64,000 nucleotides of DNA, taken from Candidatus Omnitrophota bacterium. GTDB taxonomy: Bacteria > Omnitrophota > Gorgyraeia > JABMRJ01. Within the stretch, counting starts at the first letter, position 1, and every line of letters begins with the position of its first letter. The translations under genes were made by a program, and so were the position numbers. Under the pieces are notes generated by a model, which was given only the letters and a program-made list of their open reading frames with translations, did no database searches and had not been told where the DNA came from. Positions 9,635 to 18,551 of this stretch are shown piece after piece. The stretch spans positions 2,037 through 66,036 of the forward strand of contig JADHWH010000002.1 of assembly GCA_016783555.1 (NCBI GenBank), read 5' to 3'.

Positions 9635-10051
9635 ATGTCAGAATTATTTAGATTTGGAGTTTCATTGCCGAAGGGATTACTTAATAAGTTCGATGAACTT
9701 ATTAAGAAGAGAAGTTATTCTAACCGCTCCGAAGCGTTTCGCGACTTAATCCGCAACGAATTAATAAAGAAAGAGTGGCAAGAGGGTAAAGAGATCGCAG
9801 GAGCAATAATCCTCATTTACGATCACCATAAAAGAGAACTGGTTAACAAACTCGTGGACATTCAGCATGATTACCAGAATCTAATTGTTTCCGCTCAGCA
9901 TATTCACTTAGATCATAGTAACTGTTTAGAGATGATTGCGGTGAAAGGCAAGCCCAAAAATGCTCAAAAACTGGCTGACACGTTGAAATCAGTAAAAGGC
10001 GTAAAGCATGGAATCTTAAGTATGTCAAGTACAGGCAAAAGGCTTGCGTAA
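9635..10051 (+). CDS. nikR: nickel-responsive regulator NikR
   Basis: RFGVSL ribbon-helix-helix, NRSEAFRDLIR, HIHLDH..CLE nickel site. Confidence 0.95.
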   Translation: MSELFRFGVSLPKGLLNKFDELIKKRSYSNRSEAFRDLIRNELIKKEWQEGKEIAGAIILIYDHHKRELVNKLVDIQHDYQNLIVSAQHIHLDHSNCLEMIAVKGKPKNAQKLADTLKSVKGVKHGILSMSSTGKRLA

Positions 10052-10115
10052 GCGGTAATATTTTTTTGTTCTTTAGTAACACGAATTTAGGAAACGTAGT
10101 AACAGGGGGGTGGTA

Positions 10116-11399
10116 ATGAAAAGAGTATTGTTTTTATGTGGGTTTATGGTTCTCATTGTCTCAGCAGGCGTCTTTGCCGATGAAGGTGAGGTAACGACGA
10201 AAGATCTTATGAAAGAAATACAGTACCTTAAAAATAGAGTGAAGGAGCTTGAGGACAAGGTCGAACGGCAGGAGGTGACTTTAAAGAAGCAGGAAGAGGA
10301 GGTAAAAGAGACGAAAAGCGTGTTTATAAAGTATGAACCCGGAGAAGGCATATCTATCGAACCTACCGGCCCGTCATTAAGCGCAGGTGCTACCGTTGTT
10401 ACTCAAATGGCACTCGATCCAAATACAGCAAATGATGCATCCGGGGATAATGATGTCACCGATGCAAGTTACAGTATTGACATCGAGATAGAACAAGAGA
10501 TAGGCGAGATCGGCCTTGCGTATCTTCATCTTGAAGGCGGCGAGGGGGCCGGCCTAGATGGTGATGAGATAGCCACATTCAGCGGGGTCAACAGGGACGC
10601 CGGAGACAGCGGCAGCCACGTCGACATAACAGAGGTATGGTACGAGCATTACCTGTTCGATAAGATGCTTACCCTGCGGGGCGGAAAACTTGATCCGACT
10701 GTTGTTCTTGATACTAGCGCTATCGCAAACGACGAATGCACGCAGTTTTTATCAGCGACTTTCAGGAACTCGACTGCGCTCGAGTTCCCAGATGATAATG
10801 CCTATGGCATCTGGACAAATATCGAACTTTTTGAATGGATGGCTTTAGAGGGCGGGATCTATGATGACAACGCAGACTGGGAAGATCCCTTAAGAGATAT
10901 GTTTACTTATGCCCAGCTCAATATAAAGCCAGGACTTTTTGGCAGAGAAGGTAATTATAGAAATTACTTCTGGTACGATGATTCAAACCATACCAAGTGG
11001 GATGATCCCGGCACGACTACACAGCCCAATTTCGGATTCGGTATAAGCTGCGACCAGAAGATTCTCGACTATCTTACCTGGTTCGGCAGGTGGGGGTGGG
11101 AGGACCCCGATGTGTCGGTGGTTGAATGGGCATGGAGCACAGGACTTCAAGTTGACGGTACCCCCTGGGGCAGAGATAATGATTACTTAGGGGTAGCGAT
11201 TGGAATGGATATTGCAAGCGATGATTATGAAAACGCCGGCAATCCCGGAGATGCCGAAGGGCATGTTGAGCTATATTACAATATCCACCTAAACGACAAT
11301 GTCAGCATATCGCCGAATTACCAGCTTGTTTGGAATCCCAACGGAGAAGACAGGGATCCTATAAATATATTTGGATTAAGAAGTCAAATCGATTTTTAA
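10116..11399 (+). CDS. OprB-like (carbohydrate-selective porin family) outer-membrane protein
   Basis: Signal peptide, coiled coil, EVWYEH, GKLD, ANDE..QF, ELYY..., C-terminal Phe. Confidence 0.75.
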   Translation: MKRVLFLCGFMVLIVSAGVFADEGEVTTKDLMKEIQYLKNRVKELEDKVERQEVTLKKQEEEVKETKSVFIKYEPGEGISIEPTGPSLSAGATVVTQMALDPNTANDASGDNDVTDASYSIDIEIEQEIGEIGLAYLHLEGGEGAGLDGDEIATFSGVNRDAGDSGSHVDITEVWYEHYLFDKMLTLRGGKLDPTVVLDTSAIANDECTQFLSATFRNSTALEFPDDNAYGIWTNIELFEWMALEGGIYDDNADWEDPLRDMFTYAQLNIKPGLFGREGNYRNYFWYDDSNHTKWDDPGTTTQPNFGFGISCDQKILDYLTWFGRWGWEDPDVSVVEWAWSTGLQVDGTPWGRDNDYLGVAIGMDIASDDYENAGNPGDAEGHVELYYNIHLNDNVSISPNYQLVWNPNGEDRDPINIFGLRSQIDF

Positions 11400-11412
11400 A
11401 AGGAGGTGAATT

Positions 11413-12051
11413 ATGCACATTCCGGACGGTTTTTTAGCGGCGAATACATGGATACCTGCCTGGATCTTGTCTATCGGCGGTTTAGGATTTTGCATAAAGA
11501 AAGCGCAGGAGGCTTTGAAGGAGAAACTTATACCGCTGATGGGCGTTGTAGCGGCCTTTATCTTTGCCGCTCAGATGTTGAATTTTCCTGTGGCCGGCGC
11601 TACATCCGGTCATCTTTTAGGAGGGGTATTGGCGGTTGTGCTGCTGGGTCCATACGGCGGGGCCATAGTAATAGCTATAGTCCTTGTTATACAATGCCTA
11701 GTCTTTCAAGACGGAGGTGTTACAACTTTAGGGGCAAACATCTTTAATATGTCTATAATCGGATCCATGGGAGGCTATTATCTTTACAATGTGATTAGAA
11801 AAAGGATAGATGGTGACAGGGGCATATTGATAGGTACGGCTATAGCCGCATGGTTATCTGTTGTAGCAGCATCAGCCTTCTGCGCTGTTGAGTTGGCCAT
11901 ATCAGGGACATCGCCGCTACATATCGCTCTCCCGGCAATGGCTCTGGTTCATATGCTTATAGGGATAGGTGAGGCTATAATAAGCGTGCTTGTCGTCTCA
12001 TTTGTATTGAAAACGAGGTCTGACTTAATATATAATAAGGAGGAACTATGA
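11413..12051 (+). CDS. cbiM: ECF Ni/Co transporter S component NikM/CbiM
   Basis: MHIPDGFL N-terminus; TSGHLLGG; DGG.TTLGAN. Confidence 0.9.
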   Translation: MHIPDGFLAANTWIPAWILSIGGLGFCIKKAQEALKEKLIPLMGVVAAFIFAAQMLNFPVAGATSGHLLGGVLAVVLLGPYGGAIVIAIVLVIQCLVFQDGGVTTLGANIFNMSIIGSMGGYYLYNVIRKRIDGDRGILIGTAIAAWLSVVAASAFCAVELAISGTSPLHIALPAMALVHMLIGIGEAIISVLVVSFVLKTRSDLIYNKEEL

Positions 12052-12335
12052 AGCCGCAAGACATTATTATCGGTTTAGGAATAGCTTTTATTCTCGCTAT
12101 ATTTATTTCTCCGTTCGCGTCACCTTTTTTGGATGGTTTAGAGAAGGTAGCTGAACAAAAGGGGTTTCTGGAGAAAGGAGAAGAGGCGGTATTGAGCTCG
12201 CCCATTCCCGATTACATCTGGCCTGGCGTTAAAAATGAAGGAGTGGCTACAGCTATAGCTGGTGTGGCCGGGACAGTAGTTACTTTTTTTGCAGCATGGA
12301 GCCTGGCCTTGCTTTTGAGGCGCTCCCAGCCTTAA
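12048..12335 (+). CDS. NikN-like PDGLE-domain membrane protein
   Basis: ASPFLDGLEKVA and PIPDY motifs; two TM helices. Confidence 0.85.
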   Translation: MKPQDIIIGLGIAFILAIFISPFASPFLDGLEKVAEQKGFLEKGEEAVLSSPIPDYIWPGVKNEGVATAIAGVAGTVVTFFAAWSLALLLRRSQP

Positions 12336-12353
12336 GACACTGAAAGAACTTTC

Positions 12354-13127
12354 ATGGAACACTTATTTATAGACCAATATAGTGGCCTCGATAGCATTAT
12401 TCACCGGTTGGATCCTAGGACAAAGATAGTAACGCTTATTATCTTTGTCATTTTTATAGTCCTGACTCCACCCACTTATTTTCTGCAGTTTTTGTTATAC
12501 TTTGTTGTTATAGGAGGCCTAATTTTACTGTCCAAGGTTCCGTTTATCTTTGTGTTTAGAAGAGTCCTGGCGGTAATGCCATTTGTTATAGTGATAGGAT
12601 TATTTATACCTTTTATTAAGGAAGGAGAGATAGCCGGTGCATATTCGCTTGGTAACATAAAATTAAACGTTACATATTCAGGCCTTATCATTTTTTGGAA
12701 CATATGTATAAAGGCATTTTTGACAGTTATGTGCCTTACGCTTCTAACATCTACAACATCATTTCCGTTTTTCCTGAAAGGGCTTGAAAAATTATGGGTT
12801 CCAGGCATTTTTATTATGGTACTTTCTTTTATGTATCGATATCTATTTGTGAGTATAGATGAATTAATGCGCATGAAACATGCGAAAGACTCAAGGACCA
12901 TCAAGCCTAAAAGACTCTTTGAAATCAAGACATTAGCGAATATGCTGGGCAGCCTTTTTATAAGAAGCTACGAACGGGGCGAAAGCGTTTATCTTGCCAT
13001 GTGCTCAAGGGGTTTTAATGGAAGTATAAAGACATTGGACAATTCCTCTTTCGGGTACAAAGATGCTATTTTCAGCGTCGGATTAACATCCATTCTTGTT
13101 TTGATACGATTGACGGGGATTCTATGA
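12354..13127 (+). CDS. cbiQ: ECF transporter T component NikQ/CbiQ
   Basis: HRLDPRTK; MYRY; LFIRSYERGE.VYLAM.SRGF. Confidence 0.9.
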   Translation: MEHLFIDQYSGLDSIIHRLDPRTKIVTLIIFVIFIVLTPPTYFLQFLLYFVVIGGLILLSKVPFIFVFRRVLAVMPFVIVIGLFIPFIKEGEIAGAYSLGNIKLNVTYSGLIIFWNICIKAFLTVMCLTLLTSTTSFPFFLKGLEKLWVPGIFIMVLSFMYRYLFVSIDELMRMKHAKDSRTIKPKRLFEIKTLANMLGSLFIRSYERGESVYLAMCSRGFNGSIKTLDNSSFGYKDAIFSVGLTSILVLIRLTGIL

Positions 13128-13858
13128 ATGATTTAGCGCTTGAAGTGAAGAATTTGAGTTTTACATACCCGGATGGTACACAAGCCCTAAGTGGTATAAA
13201 CTTTTCAGTAAGAGACGGAGAGCGTGTCGGTTTTATAGGCGGAAACGGGGCCGGCAAGTCAACACTCCTATTGCACTTAAATGGTACGCTGAGGAGCAAC
13301 GGTAGCGTAAAGATATTTGGCCTTGAGATAAATGACAAGAACATTCATTGCATAAGAAAGAGAGTCGGGCTCATCTTTCAAAATCCTGATGATCAACTCT
13401 TTATGCCGACTGTATTTGACGATGTCTCTTTCGGGCCTGTAAACATGAATTTAGAAAAAGACGAAATTATTAGGCGTAGCAGGGAAGCATTGAGTGTGGC
13501 CGGCATGGAGCATAACATAAAAAGATCAAGCCATCATTTGAGTTTTGGCGAAAAAAAGAGGGTCTCCTTTGCTACAGTGCTTTCGATGAAGCCGGATATT
13601 ATTTTACTGGACGAGCCTACGGCAAACCTGGACCCGGGAGGAAGGCGAGAACTCATAGATTTCTTAAAGACTATCAAGACTACCAAAATAATAGCCAGCC
13701 ATGACCTCGAGATGATATATAGACTCTGCGGTAGAACTATGCTTCTCAATAAAGGCAGAATAATAGCAGACGGCGAAACGCAAGAGATGCTCATAGATAA
13801 AGAGCTTCTCGAATCCAACGCGCTGGAAGCCCCTCTCGCTTTATATCTATCGGGATAA
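13124..13858 (+). CDS. cbiO: ECF transporter ATPase NikO/CbiO
   Basis: GGNGAGKST, FQNPDDQLF, LSFGEKKR, LLDEPT. Confidence 0.9.
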   Translation: MNDLALEVKNLSFTYPDGTQALSGINFSVRDGERVGFIGGNGAGKSTLLLHLNGTLRSNGSVKIFGLEINDKNIHCIRKRVGLIFQNPDDQLFMPTVFDDVSFGPVNMNLEKDEIIRRSREALSVAGMEHNIKRSSHHLSFGEKKRVSFATVLSMKPDIILLDEPTANLDPGGRRELIDFLKTIKTTKIIASHDLEMIYRLCGRTMLLNKGRIIADGETQEMLIDKELLESNALEAPLALYLSG

Positions 13859-14120
13859 TCAAGATTTAATCCTTGTGCTCAGATGAAATAGCACCTACCC
13901 AAAACAAAAATCTTCTAACTTGCTTGAAGTCATCCGTCTGACAAAGTCCTTGCCGCCAATAGGGTTTAATGATATCATAATACCAAAAGGCGGTAAAAAC
14001 GTGAAAACGTGAACTAAAACGTGGAGTGGGGGCCATTTCGTATATAAAACAGGCCGAATCTTGGCACCTTTTCAAAATAGGGGTCCCCAAAATGCAAAAT
14101 GACTAAAGAGGAGATAAAGA

Positions 14121-14621
14121 ATGGCTAAAGAAAATTCATCGTTCGATATTATCGCGGAAGCGAACCTTCAGGAGGTAGACAACGCTGTTAATCAGACAAA
14201 GAAGGAGCTTTCGCAGAGATTCGATTTTAAGGGAAGTAAAGCTTCGATAGAATATAACCGCAATGAAAAGAAGATAACGCTGATCGGAGATGATAATTTT
14301 AAATTGCGCGCCCTTAAAGACATTTTTGCCACTAGACTTGCCAAGAGGGGGGTTTCTATAAAACTCCTGATATTTAAAGAACCGCAGAAGGTTTTCGATG
14401 GCTGTATTCAGCAGATAGTCGATCTTGTATCAGGAATACCCCACGAGAAAGCAAAGGAGATCACCAAGATAATAAAAAAACTGGGACTCAAAGTCCAGGT
14501 CCAGATAGAGGGAGAGAAGATAAGGGTATTTTCTCCAAAAAAAGATAACCTCCAACTTGTAATAGCGCACCTGCGAAAAATAGACTTTCCAATAGCACTT
14601 ACTTTTTGTAATTATAGGTAG
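14121..14621 (+). CDS. yajQ: YajQ family nucleotide (c-di-GMP)-binding protein
   Basis: SFDI, EVDNAVNQ, RFDFKGS, KKDNLQ, F.NYR C-terminus. Confidence 0.93.
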   Translation: MAKENSSFDIIAEANLQEVDNAVNQTKKELSQRFDFKGSKASIEYNRNEKKITLIGDDNFKLRALKDIFATRLAKRGVSIKLLIFKEPQKVFDGCIQQIVDLVSGIPHEKAKEITKIIKKLGLKVQVQIEGEKIRVFSPKKDNLQLVIAHLRKIDFPIALTFCNYR

Positions 14622-14712
14622 AAGTAAATTGAAAAATAGGGGATAGCCCGAAGGAGCCACCCTTCGACGCGCTCAGGGCATGCTTCTTGAGGTAAGACCT
14701 GGTACCTTGGGG

Positions 14713-14800
14713 CCTGTCCCCAAAACACCTGTTCCCAAAACACCCTGTTCCCAAAACACCCTGTTCCCAAAACACCCTGTTCCCAAAACACCCCAAAACA
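14713..14800. repeat. tandem 15-16 bp repeat (C)CCTGTTCCCAAAACA, five copies plus a partial
   Basis: Copies at 14713, 14728, 14743, 14759 and 14775; partial at 14791; no unique spacers. Confidence 0.9.
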
Positions 14801-14886
14801 CAAAAAAACCCTAAAAACAAAGAAACCCAGTCTGCACATATGGGAAACAACATAAGCTTGTTAGAAGAAAAAAATCTAGATTTATT

Positions 14887-14917
14887 TGTTGTATTTTTTA
14901 TACAACAGTGGTATACT
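14887..14917 (+). promoter_or_regulatory. promoter with palindromic operator upstream of the XRE-HTH gene
   Basis: TTGTAT-17-TATACT with TG extension; perfect dyad TGTTGTAT-N5-ATACAACA (14887-14907) covers the -35 and spacer. Confidence 0.65.
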
Positions 14918-14947
14918 TGAAATAGGAAAAGAAAGGGGGTGCCGATA

Positions 14948-15319
14948 ATGGCAACAGGAAGGAGTTTTGGAAGCTTTTTCAAAGAGAAACGAATAGAGCT
15001 TTCTTTAACATTGCGGCAATTCTGCGAAAAATACAATTTAGATGCCGGCAATATAAGTAAAATGGAGAGAGGCATATTCCCTCCCCCAAAATCAGAAGGA
15101 CTTTTAAAAAAGTATGCCAAATTGCTTAATCTTAAAGAAGGGACAGATGATTGGTATCTTTTCTTCGATCTGGCTGCCGCTGAAACAGGAAGGTTCCCCA
15201 GGGAGCTTATGGAAAAGGACGTCTTAAAAAGAATGCCTCTTCTATTTAGGACGCTTCGAGGAAAGAAACTAACGAAAGAGAAACTTGATAAATTAATCAG
15301 GATTATCAAAGAGTCGTAG
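14948..15319 (+). CDS. XRE-family helix-turn-helix regulator
   Basis: FGSFFKEKR..LTLRQF......ISKMERG..PP. Confidence 0.88.
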   Translation: MATGRSFGSFFKEKRIELSLTLRQFCEKYNLDAGNISKMERGIFPPPKSEGLLKKYAKLLNLKEGTDDWYLFFDLAAAETGRFPRELMEKDVLKRMPLLFRTLRGKKLTKEKLDKLIRIIKES

Positions 15320-15925
15320 TTGAGTTTTGAGATCACAGCGCCTTATAAGAACCATAATTATATTGCTAAAGCCGCAGACCGTTTTCTTGCGAAATACCAC
15401 CCCGGAAAATCTTATCCTATCCCAATAGAGGAGATCGCAGAATTCCATTTGAAACTGGATATAATTCCTATTCCTGGTTTGCACAGAGCGTTTGATGTAG
15501 ACGGGTTCTTATCGTCAGATCGTAAAAGCATATCAATTGACGAAGGAGTTTATCAGAGCAGACCGGGACGTTATCGTTTTACTTTAGCTCATGAAATAGG
15601 GCATCTTGTTTTGCATAAAGATATATATGAACGGTATGAATTTGAGAATGTCGCGGAATGGAAAGAATTTATCAATAAGTTTCCGGAGAAGGAATATTCA
15701 TGGTTTGAATGGCAAGCATATGAATTTGCAGGTTTGGTTCTTGTGCCACCCGCTCATTTAAACAAAAGGGTTATTTACCATACGAAGGAAATCAAATCTT
15801 TAGGCATTCAAAATAAAGACGTAATAAATGACAGGGTAACAGAACTTTTAAGCGAAGATTTTGTCGTTTCGCGAGATGTAATCCAAAGAAGGCTTACCAA
15901 GGAAGCCAAAAAAAGCGAGGGATAA
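15320..15925 (+). CDS. ImmA/IrrE family metallo-endopeptidase
   Basis: PIPIE.I, RYRFTLAHEIGH (HExxH), EWQAYEFAG.VLVP. Confidence 0.9.
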   Translation: MSFEITAPYKNHNYIAKAADRFLAKYHPGKSYPIPIEEIAEFHLKLDIIPIPGLHRAFDVDGFLSSDRKSISIDEGVYQSRPGRYRFTLAHEIGHLVLHKDIYERYEFENVAEWKEFINKFPEKEYSWFEWQAYEFAGLVLVPPAHLNKRVIYHTKEIKSLGIQNKDVINDRVTELLSEDFVVSRDVIQRRLTKEAKKSEG

Positions 15926-16010
15926 GACATCGCGTTACCCAACAAGACTTTCCCTGACGTAAATCTCGAATACATTCTTCCTTAACCTTATCCTACATAT
16001 CTGTGATTTT

Positions 16011-16088
16011 GAGATTGCTTCGGCCGCCGAATGGGAAAGGGCAGACTAAAGTCTGCCCTATAAATGTATAAGGCGGCCTCGCAATGAC
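16011..16088. repeat. REP-like palindromic element GAGATTGCTTCG...CTCGCAATGAC with nested hairpin
   Basis: GCCGCC/GGCGGC stem enclosing AGGGCAGAC-TAAA-GTCTGCCCT (16038-16059). Confidence 0.6.
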
Positions 16089-16103
16089 GGGGGCATTACC
16101 TTG

Positions 16104-16154
16104 CCCCTCACCCTAACCCTCTCCCCAAAAAGCTTCGCTTTTTTGGGGAGAGGG
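16104..16154. repeat. boxC/intrastrand-triplex-type repeat, may also act as a terminator
   Basis: CCCCTCACCC-TAA-CCCTCTCCCC mirror repeat, then hairpin CCCTCTCCCCAAAAAGC-TTC-GCTTTTTTGGGGAGAGGG. Confidence 0.65.
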
Positions 16155-16238
16155 AATCATGAGGGAATTACTATCTTGATATTATGGGGTAATTAGTGTA
16201 TATTATAATTTGCCTATATATGTAAAATGTGGTGGGAA

Positions 16239-17336
16239 ATGAGAAAAATCATAGTTGTTTCGTTAATGTTGTTGTTGCTAGTCGGGACGGCGCAGGCACA
16301 GGCGCAGTACTTCTGGATAAAAGGCTATAAATACTATCCCCTGTACTCGGTATGCCGTGGGAAGGATATAGATTATGACTGGGACTCATCCGGCAGGATC
16401 GCGACGCTTAAGAAGAACGGCGTCGAGGCGAAGATAAGGATAGGAAGCGATAGAATTTTAATAGACGGAAAGAAGCTCGAGGACATAGGCCCGCCTATTT
16501 ATTTTCACAAAGGCATGGTAGTAATCCCCAGCTCGTTTGCGAAGAGAGGTATCGATAGGATATTTAAGGAGAAGAGGACTGCATACCGGGCAAGGAGGGC
16601 GACTGCAAGAAAAAGCGCAGTCTCCCACAACACCATAAGGACCATAGTGCTTGATCCGGGCCACGGGGGGAAAGACCCCGGCGCTATCGGGAGGTATCAC
16701 AAACTTAGAGAGAAGGACATAAATTTGGATATCGCAAAGCGCCTAAAGAGACTGCTTTCAAATAGAGGCATGAAGGTCTATCTTACGCGTGAGAAGGATG
16801 TTTCTATGTCTCTTGAGAAGAGGGCAGCATTCGCCAAGAGAAAAGGCGCTGATTTTTTTATAAGCATACACGCAAATTCATCAAGGTCAAAGTGGCTGCG
16901 GGGTTTTGAGGTATATCATCTTTCGGAGAGGACAGATGACAATGAGCGCGCCAAAAAGGCCGCTAAGAACCAGGGTTTCGAATTAGAGAACGGCTCTATA
17001 GGCAGGTATGACAAGACAACAAATGCGATAGCATACGATTTGCAATTCACCGAAAATAGGATTGTATCGAAAGATCTCGCAAGGTGTCTACTAAAGGCTG
17101 TCAGGAAAGACGCATACGTAAGAAAGAATAGCTTAAGAAGCGCGAGGTTCCATGTCCTTAAGAACATAAAGACTGATATGCCCGCCATCTTGGTGGAGGT
17201 GGGATATCTGTCGAACAAAAAAGAAGAAGGGCTGCTTAGACTCTCTTCCTACAGAGACAAGATCGCCGAAGGATTAAAGAGGGGCATACTGGCATACAAG
17301 GGTGAGTATGAAAAGGCAGATGGGTTTACTCGTTGA
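16239..17336 (+). CDS. N-acetylmuramoyl-L-alanine amidase (amidase_3, AmiC-like) with signal peptide
   Basis: LDPGHGGKDPGA, EK..NL, SIHAN, LVEVGYLSN; promoter TTGATA-17-TATATT at 16176-16204. Confidence 0.9.
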   Translation: MRKIIVVSLMLLLLVGTAQAQAQYFWIKGYKYYPLYSVCRGKDIDYDWDSSGRIATLKKNGVEAKIRIGSDRILIDGKKLEDIGPPIYFHKGMVVIPSSFAKRGIDRIFKEKRTAYRARRATARKSAVSHNTIRTIVLDPGHGGKDPGAIGRYHKLREKDINLDIAKRLKRLLSNRGMKVYLTREKDVSMSLEKRAAFAKRKGADFFISIHANSSRSKWLRGFEVYHLSERTDDNERAKKAAKNQGFELENGSIGRYDKTTNAIAYDLQFTENRIVSKDLARCLLKAVRKDAYVRKNSLRSARFHVLKNIKTDMPAILVEVGYLSNKKEEGLLRLSSYRDKIAEGLKRGILAYKGEYEKADGFTR

Positions 17337-18133
17337 TGGATAGAAGACCTATAGGTGTATTCGATTCCGGGCTTGGAGGGCTTACTGTAATAAGGGAGAT
17401 AAAGAAGGTCCTTCCCGGCGAAGATATAGTATATTTCGGCGATACCGCGAGGCTCCCCTACGGCAACAAATCAAAAGAGACCGTAACGCGGTTTTCGAAA
17501 GAGAACGTAAGATTCTTATTGAAATTTAAGGTTAAGCTTATAGTGGTTGCCTGCAATACCGCCTCGAGCGTGAGCCTGCCGGCGCTGGCAAGGTTATTCG
17601 ACGTCCCCGTCATAGGGGTTATACGGCCCGGCGTTGAAAGGGCGTTAGAGGTCTCGGACGGAAGCGCCGTAGGGGTAATAGGGACACGCGCTACGATATC
17701 AAGCGACGCCTATAAGAGGCTCTTAAAGAGACGTATACCGGAGGTAAAGATTATAAGTAAGCCCTGCCCGTTATTTGTGCCGCTGGTAGAGGAAGGCTGG
17801 CTTGATAATAATATTACTTTACGGATAGTAAGTGAGTATCTGGGCGATCTTAAGAAGGCAGGGGTGAAGACCTTGATCTTAGGCTGCACGCATTACCCGC
17901 TCTTAAAAAGCGCCATAAATAAATTTATGGGTAAGGGCGTCAGGCTTGTGGATTCGGCGCATGAGACCGCCAGGACGGTTAAGCGCGTTTTAAAAGAGAG
18001 CTCCCTTTTATCGGATAGAACCAAATCTCGGTCTCATAGGTATTTTGTGACTGATGAACCGGCGAATTTTAAGAAAGTCGGTGAGATGTTTTTGGGTACC
18101 AGGATAGGTTTTATAAAGAAGGTCAACATTTGA
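17333..18133 (+). CDS. murI: glutamate racemase
   Basis: IGVFDSGLGG, ACNTAS, LGCTHYP. Confidence 0.97.
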   Translation: MMDRRPIGVFDSGLGGLTVIREIKKVLPGEDIVYFGDTARLPYGNKSKETVTRFSKENVRFLLKFKVKLIVVACNTASSVSLPALARLFDVPVIGVIRPGVERALEVSDGSAVGVIGTRATISSDAYKRLLKRRIPEVKIISKPCPLFVPLVEEGWLDNNITLRIVSEYLGDLKKAGVKTLILGCTHYPLLKSAINKFMGKGVRLVDSAHETARTVKRVLKESSLLSDRTKSRSHRYFVTDEPANFKKVGEMFLGTRIGFIKKVNI

Positions 18134-18180
18134 TTCTGCTTCGCCGAGCTTTTGCTAGATGCAAGCTTGGCTTCGCAGAA
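18134..18180. repeat. intergenic palindromic element with CTTCG bulges
   Basis: TTCTGC..GCCGAGCTT / AAGCTTGGC..GCAGAA arms between murI and queD. Confidence 0.5.
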
Positions 18181-18191
18181 AGAAGGTGTTT

Positions 18192-18551
18192 ATGTACGAG
18201 ATTATGGTTAAATCTGATTTCAGCTCGGCCCATAAATTGAGGAATTATCACGGCAAATGCGAAAGGCTCCACGGGCACAATTGGATCATAGAAGCAGCCG
18301 TCTCTTCAAAGACTTTAAACAGAGACGGGCTCTTAATCGATTTTAAGATACTAAAGAGCAGGTTAAACAAGATCCTGGAAGGACTCGACCATACCAATCT
18401 GAATGACGAACCGCCTTTTAAGACCAAGAACCCTACGTCGGAGAATATAGCAAAGTTTATCTTCGACATGCTCAAGAAAGACGGTATAACCCCCCAGAGG
18501 GTTTCGGTATGGGAGAGCGATTCATCCTGCGCAACATATTTCGGTAGATGA
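18192..18551 (+). CDS. queD: 6-carboxy-5,6,7,8-tetrahydropterin synthase
   Basis: FSSAH, CERLHGHNW, LDH..LN, NPTSEN; start moved to ATG 18192 after AAGGTG. Confidence 0.93.
   Translation: MYEIMVKSDFSSAHKLRNYHGKCERLHGHNWIIEAAVSSKTLNRDGLLIDFKILKSRLNKILEGLDHTNLNDEPPFKTKNPTSENIAKFIFDMLKKDGITPQRVSVWESDSSCATYFGR

Noticed and set aside
10052-11412. Cobalamin or NiCo riboswitch before cbiMNQO
   Set aside because: The intergenic gaps are too short and lack the conserved motifs; NikR explains the regulation.
14713-14800. CRISPR array
   Set aside because: Units are 15-16 bp and contiguous, with no unique spacers; no cas genes in the window.
14599-15336. 245-aa and 75-aa minus-strand ORFs
   Set aside because: Made of translated tandem repeat plus the antisense of the HTH gene.
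14948-15925. CBASS or another named defence system
   Set aside because: Only the regulator/peptidase pair is present; no cyclase, nuclease or effector is adjacent.
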